DNA from: Raja brachyura
Lineage: Eukaryota
DNA length: 64,000 nucleotides
Direction of reading: 5' to 3'
NCBI GenBank assembly: GCA_963514005.1
Contig: OY740787.1
Location: 71,114,001-71,178,000 of the forward strand
Shown here: one piece after another, positions 63,575-64,000 of the stretch
Numbering within the stretch: the stretch's first letter is position 1
Layout of the letters: the number at the start of each line of letters is the position of its first letter
The notes under the pieces: generated by a model
Seen by the model: only the letters and a program-made list of their open reading frames with translations
What the model was told of the DNA's origin: nothing
Databases searched by the model: none
Made by a program: the position numbers and the translations under genes

Positions 63575-64000
63575 ATTAAGGTTTCTGGATGTCTTGGAGT
63601 GGCTGCAGGACATTCTCAAGGGGAACGGTGTGCAATCAGAAGTTGTGCACATTGGCACAAATCAAATGGGGAGGAATAGGATAAGTTCCTGCAGAGTGAA
63701 TATAGGAAGATAGGCAAAAGGTTAACAAGTAGGACCTCAAGGGTAGTACTGCCATGTGCGAGTGATGGCAGAAATAGGGGGATAGAACAGATCAATGCGT
63801 GGCTGAGTTGATGCTGAGAGCAGGGATTCAGATTTTTGGATACTGGGACACAGATGATCTGTGCAAGAGGGACAAGTTCCATCTGAACTGGTGGGGACCA
63901 ATTTTTTGGGGGGGAAGGTTTAAACGGAAGTGTAGAGGTGTGGGAACTAGAGTAGAAAGTAAGCAAATGAAAGGACTGGTGGGAAGGTAGAGGTTTGAGA
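63575..64000 (+). mobile_element. Degenerate CR1 ORF1 (SGNH esterase-like) fragment
   Basis: LQDILKG...VVHIGTN and D..HLNW.G-like motifs, frameshifted. Confidence 0.6.

Larger units (their letters stand above)
1..64000 (-). other. ttn: Titin gene, partial (I-band: end of proximal Ig, Novex cassette, N2B, middle tandem Ig); continues beyond both window edges
   Basis: 35 in-frame phase-1 GT-AG exons, nearly all encoding I-set Ig domains. Diagnostic peptides include SRFFKMVQFEDTYQLEIAEAYPEDEGTY, the N2B I24-I26 domains, Novex-3 motifs and EPPxF...VK tandem Igs. Exon order matches vertebrate titin. Confidence 0.98.

Noticed and set aside
52245-64000. Preceding titin exon (human exon 43 equivalent)
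   Set aside because: I found no matching peptide with splice sites; it probably lies beyond the window, though a short exon could have been missed.
1-64000. CRISPR array, rRNA/tRNA genes or prokaryotic systems
   Set aside because: Vertebrate exon-intron DNA; the periodicity comes from Ig exons, and the only tRNA-like stretch is a decayed SINE head.

Overview
Eukaryotic genomic DNA, not prokaryotic. The whole window lies inside the titin gene (ttn) on the minus strand, in the I-band region. The repeat content (HE1-type SINE, HER1/CR1-type LINEs, Penelope ends) points to a cartilaginous fish, probably a skate or ray (inference). In transcript order (high to low coordinates) it holds: an upstream intron of >11.7 kb, the last proximal-Ig exon (human exon 44 equivalent), a Novex-2-like exon with two Ig domains, an extra 516-bp Novex-like exon, the 51-bp linker exon (exon 47 equivalent), a terminal Novex-3 split into two exons by a 101-bp intron, the cardiac N2B exon (3588 bp), the exon 50 and 51 equivalents, and 26 single-Ig exons (last one truncated) forming more than four copies of a six-Ig super-repeat. 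All exon boundaries were read by hand as GT-AG, phase 1. Introns carry CR1, L1, L2, Penelope, Tc1, Harbinger-like MITE and SINE insertions, some nested. No wholly new biological system is evident. The best leads are the non-mammalian Novex architecture, a ~74-aa periodicity in the N2B 'unique' sequence, degenerate repeats in Novex-3, an extra six-Ig super-repeat, a systematic weak-donor/UCUU/UGCAUG splicing code, a core Trp-to-Cys change in one Ig, and Penelope-derived hammerhead-like motifs and fold-backs. Comparisons with human titin are from recalled sequence and need confirming by alignment.
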